Assembly (NCBI GenBank): GCA_951406725.2
Contig: OX597823.1
Span: 115,506,001-115,570,000 of the forward strand
Length of the DNA stretch: 64,000 nucleotides
Reading direction: 5' to 3'
From: Octopus vulgaris
Lineage: Eukaryota
Both the position numbers and the translations under genes were made by a program. The notes under the pieces were generated by a model, which was given only the letters and a program-made list of their open reading frames with translations, was not told the DNA's origin and did not search any database. Within the stretch, counting starts at the first letter, position 1. The number at the start of each line of letters is the position of its first letter. Positions 51,587 through 62,938 of the stretch are shown here, one piece after another.

Positions 51587-51654
51587 CCAAGATAAAACTC
51601 CGAGTTTCGGATGCCGAGGTGGAAATCCACAACACCATCTCTTCAGTTATCTGG
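51587..51654 (-). ncRNA. Type I hammerhead ribozyme motif with intact core in short element P1 (~51551-51777)
   Basis: Minus strand: CCAGATAA-CTGAAGA-GATG..GTGGATTTCCAC..CATC-C-GAA-ACTC-G-GAGT-T-TTATCT-TGG. Confidence 0.7.
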
Positions 51655-51799
51655 CCATCAGAAAAGCATTATGAAAAATGACCGTAATACAAAGGGAAAT
51701 TACTCTGTTATTGACCGCTATTTACATAATATTGACGTTTCTTTCTTTCTTTTGTTATCTTAACATTTTTATCAATATATATATATATATATATATATA

Positions 51800-52201
51800 T
51801 TACTCTTTTACTTGTTTCAGTTAATTGACTGTGGCCATGCTGGAGCACCGCCTTTAGTCAAGCAAATCGACCCCGGGACTTATTCTTTGTAAGCCCAGTA
51901 CTTATTCTATCGGTCTCTTTTGCCGAACCGCTAAGTGACGGGGACGTAAACACACCAGCATCGGTTGTCAAGCAATGCTAGGGGGACAAACACAGACACA
52001 CAAACATATACACACACACTTATACATATATACATATATACGACAGGCTTCTTTCAGTTTCCGTCTACCAAATCCACTCACAAGGCATTGGTCGGCCCAA
52101 GGCTATAGTAGAAGACACTTGCCCAAGATGCCATGCAGTGGGACTGAACCCGGAACCATGTGGTTGGTTAGCAAGCTACTTACCACACAGACACTCCTGC
52201 A

Positions 52202-52203
<2 letters not shown>
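51800..52203 (-). mobile_element. SINE-A full length, young (CpGs retained)
   Basis: Consensus match. Confidence 0.92.
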
Positions 52204-52241
<38 letters not shown>

Positions 52242-52357
52242 TACATACATATATTTAAAAATAGTATAGAATCTTTATAAGAATTTATCAAGTAGTTGGT
52301 GTGAAAAAACCTCATAAAGGAAAAATTTAATAATTATTCCCTTTAAATATATTTATT

Positions 52358-52681
52358 TATATTAAGGGCATTACTATACATAAATACCTCATGCTAGGAG
52401 GGACTCTTAAAGTCAAAATTACCATAATAAACACATTCTACCGAACACGAGGGAATGCAACTCTCAAAGCGAGCCTTTCAAAAACTGATTCAGCCGCAGA
52501 TCCTATGATTTCATAATTAGTGCACAAAATGCAAATGATCTGCGGCTGAATCTGTTTTTGAAAGGCTTGCTTCGAGAGTTGCATTCTCTCGTGTTCGGTA
52601 AAATGTGTTTATTATGGTAGTTTTGACTTTAAGAGTCCCTCCTATTGTGAGGCATTTATGTATAGTAATGCCCTTAATATA
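52358..52681. repeat. Fold-back palindrome, ~145-bp arms, 34-nt loop
   Basis: Arms 52358-52502 and 52537-52681; 10 mismatches and no indels by my count. Confidence 0.95.
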
Positions 52682-52700
52682 TATAAACATACATATTTAT

Positions 52701-53108
52701 GGGTATAGGTTGGTTGTGTGGTAAGAAGCTTGCTTCCCAACCACATGGTTCCAGGTTCAGTCCCACTGTATGGCACCTTGGGCAAGTGTCTTCTACTATA
52801 GCCTCAGCTGATCAAAGCCTTATGAGTGGATTTGGTAGACAGAAACTGAAAGAAGCCCGTCGTATATATGTATATGTATATATATATATATGTGTCTGTG
52901 TGTGTTTGTGTGTCTGCGTTTGTCCCCCCAACATTGCATGTCAACTGATGCTGGTATGTTTACGTCCCCATAACTTAGTGGTTCAGCAAAAGTGACAGAA
53001 TAAGTACTAGACTTACAAAGAATAAGTCCTGGGGTTGATTTGCTCAACTAGAAGCGGTGCTCCAGCATGGCCACAGTCAAATGACTGAAACAAGTAGAAG
53101 CATAAAAG
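52701..53108 (+). mobile_element. SINE-A full length
   Basis: Consensus match. Confidence 0.9.
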
Positions 53109-53276
53109 TATATCAAGATATAGAATATATATGAATAGTTTTTGAATATATAAATATATATAAAAATATGTGTAAATAGAACATACATGAGATGTATATG
53201 GAAAAAAGTAAGGAAAAGAGAACTAGTAAAATTTTTTTTTTCAGTCCCTAAATTTAAAAGTGATTAAAAGTGTTTA

Positions 53277-53502
53277 TTACTTTCTACAGCTGTTTCCAGA
53301 GTTCATGTGCTCATAGAAAAATTAAGAGAAATTTTAGAACCCATGTGGACAATATCCCTCTGACAATTTCTGAAATTATTAGAATGTGATTTTTGAATGA
53401 GGATACCTTTCCTGAGGAAGGGGACATTGTCTGCATGGATTGTAAAATTTCTCTCAGTATTTCTACCAGGACATGAACTCTGGAAACGGCTGTAGAAAGC
53501 AA
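53277..53502. repeat. Inverted repeat, ~82-bp arms (53277-53358 / 53421-53502)
   Basis: CTTTCTACAGC.GTTTCCAGAGTTCATGT..AGAGAAATTTTA..CCATG..GACAAT.TCCC on both strands, ~84% identical. Confidence 0.88.
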
Positions 53503-53796
53503 TTTTCCTCAGATTGTATTGTACACTAGTTATATTTTTTTTAAAAAATGGATTGAACTTTATGAATTTGGTAACTGAAATTTTAGACACACTTAACCAC
53601 CAGTTCTCTTTTCCTTACTCTTTCCATATTCATCCTATGTATGACTACGTATGTTCAATTTACATATATTTTTTATATATATTTATATTTTTAAAAAATA
53701 TATGTATTTCGTATTTCAATATGTCTTGATATATATTTATATAGATCAGTAGCCACTACACACATTTTGTGTCTCTCCTTGTTTTTTTCTGTGTCC

Positions 53797-53832
53797 CTTT
53801 CTGTAGAAGAGCATAGGCCCGAAACGTAAAAC
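53797..53832 (+). ncRNA. Variant minimal hammerhead motif in short element P3 (~53735-53922)
   Basis: CTTT-CTGTAGA-A-GAGC-ATAG-GCCC-GAA-ACGT-A-AAAC; the 25740 copy has GCTT and AAAG, which restore helices II and I. Confidence 0.5.
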
Positions 53833-53988
53833 ACTTTTGCTACTCCTGAGCATTATACTAATACATCTGTTTGTTTTGTGCACCACCTGTCTTCATCTTT
53901 CGTTTTTCTCGTGAACTCTCCCTATATATATATATATGTACATGTATGTATATATATATGTACATGTATGTATATATATATGTACATG

Positions 53989-54025
<37 letters not shown>

Positions 54026-54104
54026 CAAATTGAATTTATGACAAGGTATGCATATATTTAAAAAGAAAATTGATTGCTTAATTTGAACATTTATTTTTTA
54101 ACTG

Positions 54105-54153
<49 letters not shown>

Positions 54154-54260
54154 AAATATACATATGTGTATGTATATACTCATATATACTTATATGTATG
54201 TGTGTGTGTGTTTATATGTTTATATACGTTTCTATATATATATATGTATGTGTGTCTGTA

Positions 54261-54340
<80 letters not shown>

Positions 54341-54414
54341 TAGATATAGATAAATATACATGTGTGTGTATATGTATATATATATGTATATGCATATATA
54401 TATATATGTATATA

Positions 54415-54469
<55 letters not shown>

Positions 54470-54518
54470 CTAACAGTGGAGCCAGTGAAATATTGAATGT
54501 TTTCATCCCTACTTTTCT

Positions 54519-54550
<32 letters not shown>

Positions 54551-56193
54551 GATGAAATAAATTATATAAGCTGTGTGTATATGCCTGAATGTGTTATATA
54601 TATATATACATAATATAGGTAATCCAAGAATAATATAAGATAAATGGGATGCAGGAGATAAAAGTGCTAAATAGAGAAAAACAAAAGGAGAGACTATGAA
54701 ACAGATAACCGGACGTGTATATATATATATAAAGGCGGTGAGGTCCATATTAGGCAGCATGGGATTAAATGATAGGTGTGAGTTTCTGCAGTTGTAATGT
54801 AGAAAGCAAAGCGTTGGAAGTGGAAGACTTTTTGACAAGAATATAAGTTTAAGAGTTTCCAATTTCAGTTAAAATGAGGATAGATTAGATTGTGACAGGT
54901 TATTAGGGAACGAATCGAGAAATAAATAGATAAATCTTTGGTACCTATCTTTTCTCTATTTATACTGTTGTGCAGTAGTGACAACGAATGATTGTCATGT
55001 AGAAATCTGTGTGTATATTTGCCTGTGTTTTTGTTTTTATATATATATACTTTTTCTTCTTTTGTTTGTTGTTGTTGTTGTTTACTATCATCGAAATATT
55101 TGTGGTTATCATTCCTGAATCTATTTAGTTTTCCCTAAATTTGTATCGAATGTAATTTGGAAAAAAGACCAAAGGCCAGCTGGAGCTGTTATACCAATCT
55201 CGAAACTACATTGCTGGTTAAGCAATGAATGAATTGGAACTGGCAGTATAATGCATTTTCTAAGATGATTAAATGACCACTCTTGATAGATTCTTCATTA
55301 TTTTGTTTAGTACAGAGGGAGGAGGAGGAGTAGCAATAACAGAGATGACTTTTGCTCACTGTGGAGGTGGGAGGGCGTAGTAGTAGTAGTAGTAGTAGCA
55401 GTAATGAGTTATGTTTATTGCTGAGGGTGGAGGAAGGAGTAGCAATAACTTTTGTTTACTATGGAGCAGAAGAAAGAACAGTAGCATTGAGGAACTTTAC
55501 AAACCCTTCCAGATTTATGGCATTGACGAAGATGATACTCAGTGTTTGCTTCTGCAGGTTATTGCCCGTAGATAAAATTTGGACCTGGGGGGGGGGGGGG
55601 GTTCTTGAGGAGTGTAATTCTGGGGAGGTAAGATTTGCTGTGAAACCTTTAACTTTGTGACTTGGTTTGTGAAACACCTGAAGTGTAATGATTGGTCAGT
55701 AGTCTCGTCCACTTTGTCAGGGCTTCATGGCTATGGTCAGTTGGCTTTATAGCACATGATATGGATCCCTCTTATAATTCTGCCAATATCTTTTGCTCTT
55801 GTTTTGTTTTTGTATTTGGTTTGTAGATGCCTGATGTAAAGTCTTCTGTTGCAACAAACTTTGTTGTATTTTGGTAGAGTCATTACACCAATAATAACAC
55901 ATGCACAGGTTCAGTTCCATTTCTTTATACTTGATTGCATCGACTAACTAATTAATCATTTGTTATCAGTTTGTTAGCTGACTGGATAACTAACCAATTG
56001 ACTAATAATAAAGAAGTGGAATTGAAACTGTACATGTGATATTATTGGCACAATGACTCTCCCAAGACAGAACAAAACTTCTCTTTTTGGTAGAAGCTAA
56101 AATTTCTTTACAGAACAAATGACGAAAGGTCAACACACCAGTTATTTCTGCACTTTATAGTCATAATGTTTGTGATTTGAATTTTTAAATTTC

Positions 56194-56560
56194 CTTTGAG
56201 AAGGACTGAGAGAGCAATGGTGAGAGAGATATGTGGAGTGATAAGAAGAGGACTGAGGACTTGATGGGAATTCTGGGGTTGGAGGAATCAGTGGAACGGT
56301 TGGCAAGGGCTAATGGAGTGCAGTGGTATGGACATGTATTGAAGAGGGATGAGGAGTATGTTCTGAGGAGGGTCCTTGAGTTTGAGATAAATGGACAGTG
56401 AAAGCAAGGTAGACTGAGGAAAACGTAGAGGAGGAGATTGGGAGAGCTGGCTTGAGAAGGGAGAACGCCCCAAACCGTGCAAGATAGTGAGATTGTGTGA
56501 GGGCAGTTGCTATGCCATTAACAGGGACAAAACCCGGATTTAAAATACTGGATATTGATG
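56194..56560 (+). mobile_element. RTE LINE 3' end, second family
   Basis: My translation: LRRTERAMVREICG../..LMGILGLEESVERLARANGVQWYGHVLKRDEEYVLRRVLEFEING; absent from the paralogous copy near 60740. Confidence 0.85.
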
Positions 56561-56990
56561 ATTAGTTACAGTTCAGTTTCCTTCAGGCATGCAAGCAGTA
56601 GTTACATATTAAATGGTCTTTAACTTGGATGCTGGATCCCCTGCAGTGGGGTTTGTAACTTCAGTGCATCATGGGACAAAGGTAAGGAAAGAAACCCTAA
56701 ATCTTAAGTGGATCTCCCAAAGGGATTTTGTGGTTGACGTGACACTTTACTGTTGGTACCTGCTGCCAAACAGACATCAAACATAAAACTCCACACTCCA
56801 TTGGACCAATGTAAAGCAGCAGCAAATACACAGGAGGTGTATCTTTGTTGGGCAGCAACTCCAATCCTGATTGATCAGTGGAGCAAAAGTTCTTTCATCC
56901 CTTGAGATGCACAGATACCAAAAAGAAGGAAAAAGAACATCTATGTAACTTTCTCTCTATCTCTCTCTCTCTTCTCCTCTGTCCTGTGTT

Positions 56991-57023
<33 letters not shown>

Positions 57024-57112
57024 ATATGTGTGTATGTATGTATGTATGTGCGTGTGCACATATGTGTCTTTCTCTCTCTATCTGGTGCAGGGACAGCTTG
57101 TCTGTATACATA

Positions 57113-58361
57113 CAGGGTGCAGGAGGTATTTGAAGGCAGTTATACACTTACACAAAAATGACTTAAAAACAGACAATAATTCCTTTTTACTGAAAAAGGT
57201 TTTGAAGATAAGAATAAACATTGTTTCATCATTTTATTCAATAAAATCTACTTCAACTTCAATAATTGCTTCTATGTGAGGTTTGAATTGCTTCCATGCT
57301 AGGATCAAGTGGTCTGTGTTCATAATGAACATTACCCTGACTATGGAAGCTTTTAGGGATTCTTTGGTGCTATGAGGGTGCTCATTAATCTCTTCCTCAA
57401 CTACACTCCATACATAGTAATCCAAAGGATTGAGATCTGGGGAGCTGGGAGGCCAAATGTTGGGATTTATATGGTCATGAAAATTTTCTGCCATCCATTC
57501 CTGCATTGCTGTAGCCTTGTGTGATGATGCTGAGTCTTGTTGAAACACATCAGGTCTTCCGTTGCATACATTATCGATCCATGGCTTAACCACTCTATTC
57601 AGAACATCTATGTAGGCAGCAGAGTTTGCTTGAAGACCTTGTGGAAAGAAATGAGGAGGAGGCATCACATGTCTTTCATTGCAGGCAACCCCCAAAACCA
57701 TGACAGTTGCAGGAAATTTTGTATGCATTATTCTTGGAGCTTCCAAAGGGTCTGTACATAGCCACTTGTCATTTCTTCTGTTTTCTTTCTGATCTTGATC
57801 AAAGTTTTTCTCCTCGTCTGAGAAGAACCAAATGACATCTTCTTCTGTGGATTTTTAAGCTTGTTCAGGAGTCTTTTAGATCTGATTAAGCGATTTCCTT
57901 TCCCTGTTTCTGACATGAAATGACCTTTTCTCATCGCATAAGATTTGTGGACAACATTTCAGATTGTTACTTCTGACACGTGCTGTTCTTTTGCAATCAG
58001 CCTCTTGGATCTTCTGGAATTGTCTTCAATGGTCTACTTTATGTGTTGAATAAACTCTGGTATTCTAACAGTATCAGTGCATCTACAATGTTTCTTACAT
58101 TTTGACACTAGTGATATATTTCCATCTTTAGCTTCTAACTCCTTGCGAATTTTGTAGACGAAGGATTTAGCGACTTTTAAAAATCGTGCTATTTCTAAAT
58201 TGCTATGTTCAGCCTTTATAGCCATGATGACTGCATGCCTTTTCATTTCTTGTGTAATCATAGGAATCTGCCATTGGTAATTCTGAAAGACAGAAAATAT
58301 TAAGTTGCTAAATATGCTGCTATAGTAAAAATAACATTTGTCCTCAAATAACTTACGCATC

Positions 58362-58364
<3 letters not shown>
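57113..58364 (-). mobile_element. Near full-length maT/DD37D Tc1-mariner transposon, frameshifted
   Basis: FQQD-x37-D (WPPSSPDLNPLDY, 37 residues counted); HTH region 58034-58260; FFSDE first Asp; degenerate TIRs (~18/26). Confidence 0.92.
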
Positions 58365-58407
<43 letters not shown>

Positions 58408-58566
58408 GTGTGTGTGTGTGTGTGTCTCTGTGTGTGTGTGTGTGTGTGTATACAAATGTGAGTGAAATAATTTACAAGTTATGGCAAAAAGTAGTGTAAT
58501 ACATGCACACACACACGTGTGTGTATATGTGTGTATGTGTACGTGTGTGTATGAATATATATACTT

Positions 58567-58606
<40 letters not shown>

Positions 58607-58721
58607 CTGTATCTGTTTGTGTGTATGCATGTGTGAGTGTATGTATGAGTATGTGTATATGCATGTATATATGTGTGCATATGTATGTGTATGTTTCTAT
58701 GTATATGTATACATTCATATA

Positions 58722-58889
58722 TATTTCTTTACTACCCACAAGGGGACAAACAAGGACAGACAAACGGATTGAGTCGATTACATCGACCCTAGTGTGTAAC
58801 TGGTACTTAATATATTGACCCCGAAAGGATGAAAGGCAAAGTCGACCTCAGTGGAATTTGAACTCAGAACGTAACGGCAGACGAAATAC
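58722..58889 (-). mobile_element. SINE-B, 5'-truncated at GTATTTCGTC
   Basis: Consensus match. Confidence 0.88.
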
Positions 58890-59212
58890 ATTTACTGAAG
58901 CCACTAATTGTCAAAAGGTCCCTATACATACACGTAGAATGATTAATAAAGTAATTAAGTATTTAAAAAGAAAATTGAATGTTTCAAAAATGTGTTTCTT
59001 TTCTAATAGGTGACTGTCTGTCACTAAATTAACATCGTCAATTATTCAGATATATGTTTGATGTACTGAATGTCATCAGCAGGGTGAAGTGTAAGCATAA
59101 CAACAAAATCTTAGGTATATCTAAAAAGATTTAGGTTTTGCATAATAAATTATATATATAAACTAATTACTTTTAAATTTTGTTTCCGGTTTCTCTTTCC
59201 TAGAAAAATTTA

Positions 59213-59601
59213 TTCTCTTATTCTTTTACTTGTTTCAATCATTTGACTGTGGCCATGCTGGAGCACCGCCCTTAGTTGAAAAAATTGATCCCAAGACTTA
59301 TTCTTTGTAAGCCTAGTACTTATTCTATCGGTCTCCTTTGCCAAACTGCTAAGTTAGAGGGATGTAAACACACCAACATCAGTTGCCAAATTATGGTAGA
59401 AGGACAAACACATACATTTCTCTCTCTCTCTCCCTCTCTCTCTTTCTCTCTCTATATATATATATGATGGGCTTCTTTCAGTTTCTGTCTACTAAATCCA
59501 CTCACAAGGCTTTGATTGGCCCATAGTACCACAAAGTGGGACTGAACCTGGAACCATGTGGTTGGCAAGCAAGCTTCTTACCACACAGCCACTTCTGCAC
59601 C
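59213..59601 (-). mobile_element. SINE-A
   Basis: Consensus match; the internal repeat here is (CT)n(AT)n. Confidence 0.88.
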
Positions 59602-59948
59602 TTGTGAATAATTTACTTATATTTCTACCTACATCTTTTCTTTTTTTTTTGTTCTTGTATTTGGTTTGTAAGAGTCCTGATGTGTAATCTTGTGTTGAAA
59701 CAAATTTTGCTGTTTGTTGGGAGGGTCATTGCACCGATAACAACACAGGCACAGGTGCAATTCCTGTTTATTATAAGTCAATTGGTTAGATATCTCATCA
59801 ACTAACTAATCAATTATTCATTATCAGTTAATTAGCTGATTACATATCTAACCATTTAACTAATAGTAAAGAAGTGGAATTGAAACTGTGCATGTGTTAT
59901 TGTTGGCATAATGACTCTCAAAGATAGAACAAAACTTTTCTTTTTATA

Positions 59949-60350
59949 GGCGTAGGAGTGGCTGTGTGGTAAGTAGCTTGCTTACCAACAACATGGTTCC
60001 GGGTTCAGTCCCACTGTGTGGCACCTTGGGCAAGTGTCTTCTACTATAGCCTCGGTCCAACTAAAGCCTTGTGAGTTGATTTGGTTGATGGAAACTGAAA
60101 GAAGCCCGTCGTGTGTATGTGTATATATGTGTGTGTGTGTGTGTGTATAGGTTTGTGTGTCTGTGTTTGTCTCTCCAACATTGCTTGACAACTGATGCTG
60201 GTGTGCTTATGTCCCCGTAACTTAGTGGTTTGGCAAAAGAGGCTGATAGAACAAGTACTAGGCTTACAAAGACTAAGTCCTGGGGTCGATTTGCTCAACT
60301 ACAGGTTGTGAGTGGATTTGGTTGATGGAAACTGAAAGAAGCCCATCGTA

Positions 60351-60419
<69 letters not shown>

Positions 60420-60641
60420 ATATATGTTTGTGTGTCTGTGTTTGTCCCCCCCCCCAACATTGGTTGACAACCGATGCTGATGTGTTTATGTCCTCGTAAC
60501 TTAGCAGTTCGGCAAAAAGAGACCGTTAGAATAAGTACTAGGCTTGCAAAGGATAAGTCCTGATATCAATTTGCTTGACTAAAGGTGGTGCTCCAGCATG
60601 GCCATACTCAAATGACTGAAACAGGTAAAAGAATAAAAGAG
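59949..60641 (+). mobile_element. SINE-A partial dimer (59949-60300 tailless, 60306-60641 headless)
   Basis: The body restarts at TTGTGAGTGGATTTGG; absent from the paralogous copy near 56088. Confidence 0.88.
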
Positions 60642-60839
60642 ATGTTAGAATGTCTTTGGAGAACATTTGATGATAGGTCACCACACCAGTTATTTCTGCA
60701 CTTTACAGCCATAATATTTGTGATTGAAATTTCAAACTCCATTAGTCATTGTTCAGTTTTCTTTAGGCATGCAAGCAATAGTTATATATTAAAATGGTCT
60801 TTAATCTGGATATTTCTATGCAAGTTGTCTTCAGGGATA

Positions 60840-61045
60840 CAATAAATTAAGAATTACGAAGCGTAAACACTGGTTCTGTGAAGTCATTGGTTCTCTAAAG
60901 TAGATTTCATTGTTTTCTTTGTCAGAGATGTTAATCTTTAAGGATTTTTTTCTCATGGATATTGTTGGTTCTATTTCATCAAAAGACCAAGAGACTTTCA
61001 GGTTGATGCTCATTAGAAATTAGAGAAATTCCTTCGAGGTTAAAT
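60840..61045 (-). pseudogene. Probable decayed Penelope reverse transcriptase fragment
   Basis: EFL*FLMSINLKVSWSFDEIEPTISM..LKINISD..EIYFREPMTSQNQCLRF resembles PLE FL.FLNSI...IKFT.E....ISFLDLKI......IY.KPT.S..YL.F. Confidence 0.4.
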
Positions 61046-61237
61046 GAGTAATTAATAGCAGTGACCTATTGTTTAATTTTCATGCTAATTGTATGATAGT
61101 GTAATATGACATTTATCAGAGGTGATTACTGTTGAGACAATTGTTTTACTTGTAGGCAGCATGAAGAATTGTGTAAGCTGTTGTTTATTTTTAATTAGAT
61201 GCATTTAATTCTTGTAATATAGTTATCAAATTTATTG

Positions 61238-62115
61238 CTGAGGACATGCATAAGTTTGCAAGGAATGAAGCCAGTATGATCCGATGGATGTGTAATGTCA
61301 GTGTGCATACTCGACAGAGTGTAAGTACCTTGAGAGAAAAGTTGGACCTAAGAAGCATCAGTTGTGGTGTGCAAGAGAGACGACTGCGCTGGTTGGTCAT
61401 GTGGCGAGAATGGATGAGGATAGCTGTGTGAAAAAGTGCCACACCCTAGCGGTTGAGAGAACCTGTGGAAGAAATAGACCCATGAAGACCTGGGATGAGG
61501 AGGTGAAGCATGACCTTTGAACATTAGGCCTTACCGAAGCAATGACTAGTGAGCGAGACCTTTGGAAATATGCTGTGCTTGAGAAGACCCGGCAAGCCAA
61601 ATGATACTATAACCCATGGCCTATGCCAGTGGTATAACCAGCCCACTTATGCATACCTTTCCTTCATTGGACACTAAACTCTGCTTGCGAAGACCTGTTG
61701 AAGCAAGTGAAATCAAAATTGAAATCGAAATCAAATTCGATGACAGCACTGCATGAATGGCATCTGTGCCAGTGGAGCACTAAGAGCACCCTCCAAGCTT
61801 GATCATTGCCAGGGCCGCTGACTGGCTCCCATGCCAGTGGCATGTAAAATGCACCATTCGAGCATGATCGTTACCAGCGTCACCTTACTGGCACTTGTGC
61901 CAGTGGCATGTGAAAAACAACATTCAAGCAAGATTGTTACCAGTGCTGCTGGTATACTCTCAGAGTGGTTGGCATTAAGAAGGGCATCCAGCTGTAGAAA
62001 CTCTGTCAGATCAGATTAGAGCCTGGTGCAGCCATCTGGCTCACCAGTCCTCAGTCAAACGGTCCAACCCATGCCAGCATAGAAAGTGGATGCTAAACGA
62101 TAACGATGATGATGA
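61238..62115 (+). mobile_element. RTE LINE 3' end: ORF C-terminus, 3' UTR with internal repeats, (GAT)n tail
   Basis: RNEASMIRWMCNVS..LREKLDLRSI....QERRLRW/GHVARMDEDSCVKKC..CGRNRPMKTWDEEVKHDL. Confidence 0.92.
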
Positions 62116-62149
62116 TTGCTTATATCAGTGACATCATATCAAATAGATA

Positions 62150-62552
62150 CTGGTTTCAAAGGTTTCAAATTTTGGCAGAATTCCAGCAATTTTTGAGGCG
62201 TGGGATAAGTCAATTACTTTGACTCCCCAGTGTTCAATTGATTCCACTGATCAACCCCAGAAGAATGAAAAGCAATGTCAACCTCAGTGGGATTTGAACT
62301 CTGAATGTAAACATGGATGGACATGGATGGAATGGTACCAGGCATTTTTTCCAGTGTGCTAACAATTCTGCCAGCTTATGTCAGATAGATATTCTTTTCT
62401 ACTTTTGGTGCAAGGCCCGAAATTTTGGGGGAGGATGCCAGTCGATTAGATCAACCCCAGTGTGCAACTGGCACTTAATTTATTGATCCCAAAAGAATGA
62501 AAAACAAAATTGACCTTGGCGGAATTTGAACTCAGATGAAATGCCGCTAAGC
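62150..62552 (-). mobile_element. Two SINE-B variants (62150-62377, 62395-62552)
   Basis: GAATTTGAACTC B-box complement, ACCCCAGTG and AAGAATGAAA core, different tails. Confidence 0.8.
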
Positions 62553-62663
62553 ATATGTCAAGATAGGTATTAAGAAACTACTTGTATCACAAATGACCAT
62601 TTGCAAATTCAGCAATGAGAACCTAGTAGAAAAAGAAAATCTAAAAACTAGCTCAAACTACAA

Positions 62664-62938
62664 CTGTTTAGCATTTAAACTGGCAATATCCAGCTTAAAT
62701 ATTCTACCTTTTTTTATGTTCAGCCATCCAGATTTAGTCTCTTACACCTACCCTACTAATTTCATTCTGAAAATAAACAATTATAGCATTGAAACTTTGG
62801 AGCTACAACATAATGAATGATTGATTAAAAAATGTGAATAAACAGCCAGTGAGGTTTATTCAAGGTATGGTTATTGCTAGGTAAAAAAAGGGAATAAATA
62901 AGCATTACCTTTGACAGAATAATCTCAATGCTGAAAGG
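62664..62938. mobile_element. piggyBac-type MITE family 1, second copy
   Basis: Collinear with 2278-2478; ends AATGCTGAAAGG-TTAA. Confidence 0.7.

Larger units (their letters stand above)
55770..60810. repeat. Direct duplication of a ~500-bp unit with palindromic core (55770-56630 and 59616-60810)
   Basis: Collinear blocks TTGTATTTGGTTTGTA, AAAGAAGTGGAATTGAAACTGT, CACACCAGTTATTTCTGCACTTTA, AGGCATGCAAGCA.TAGTTA. Confidence 0.88.

Noticed and set aside
55459-55677. 72-aa minus ORF after an acceptor-like TTCAG
   Set aside because: Contains a G homopolymer and has no donor; only weak resemblance to retroelement sequence
25976-58364. All five Tc1/mariner transposases lie on the minus strand
   Set aside because: Five of five has a two-sided probability of 1/16, which is not significant
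9619-60470. Recurrent peptides such as PKVPRSGTEPGTMWLVSKLLTTQ and GLLSVSVYQIHSQGFG that look like a gene family
   Set aside because: They are antisense read-throughs of SINE-A; frames and stops vary between copies
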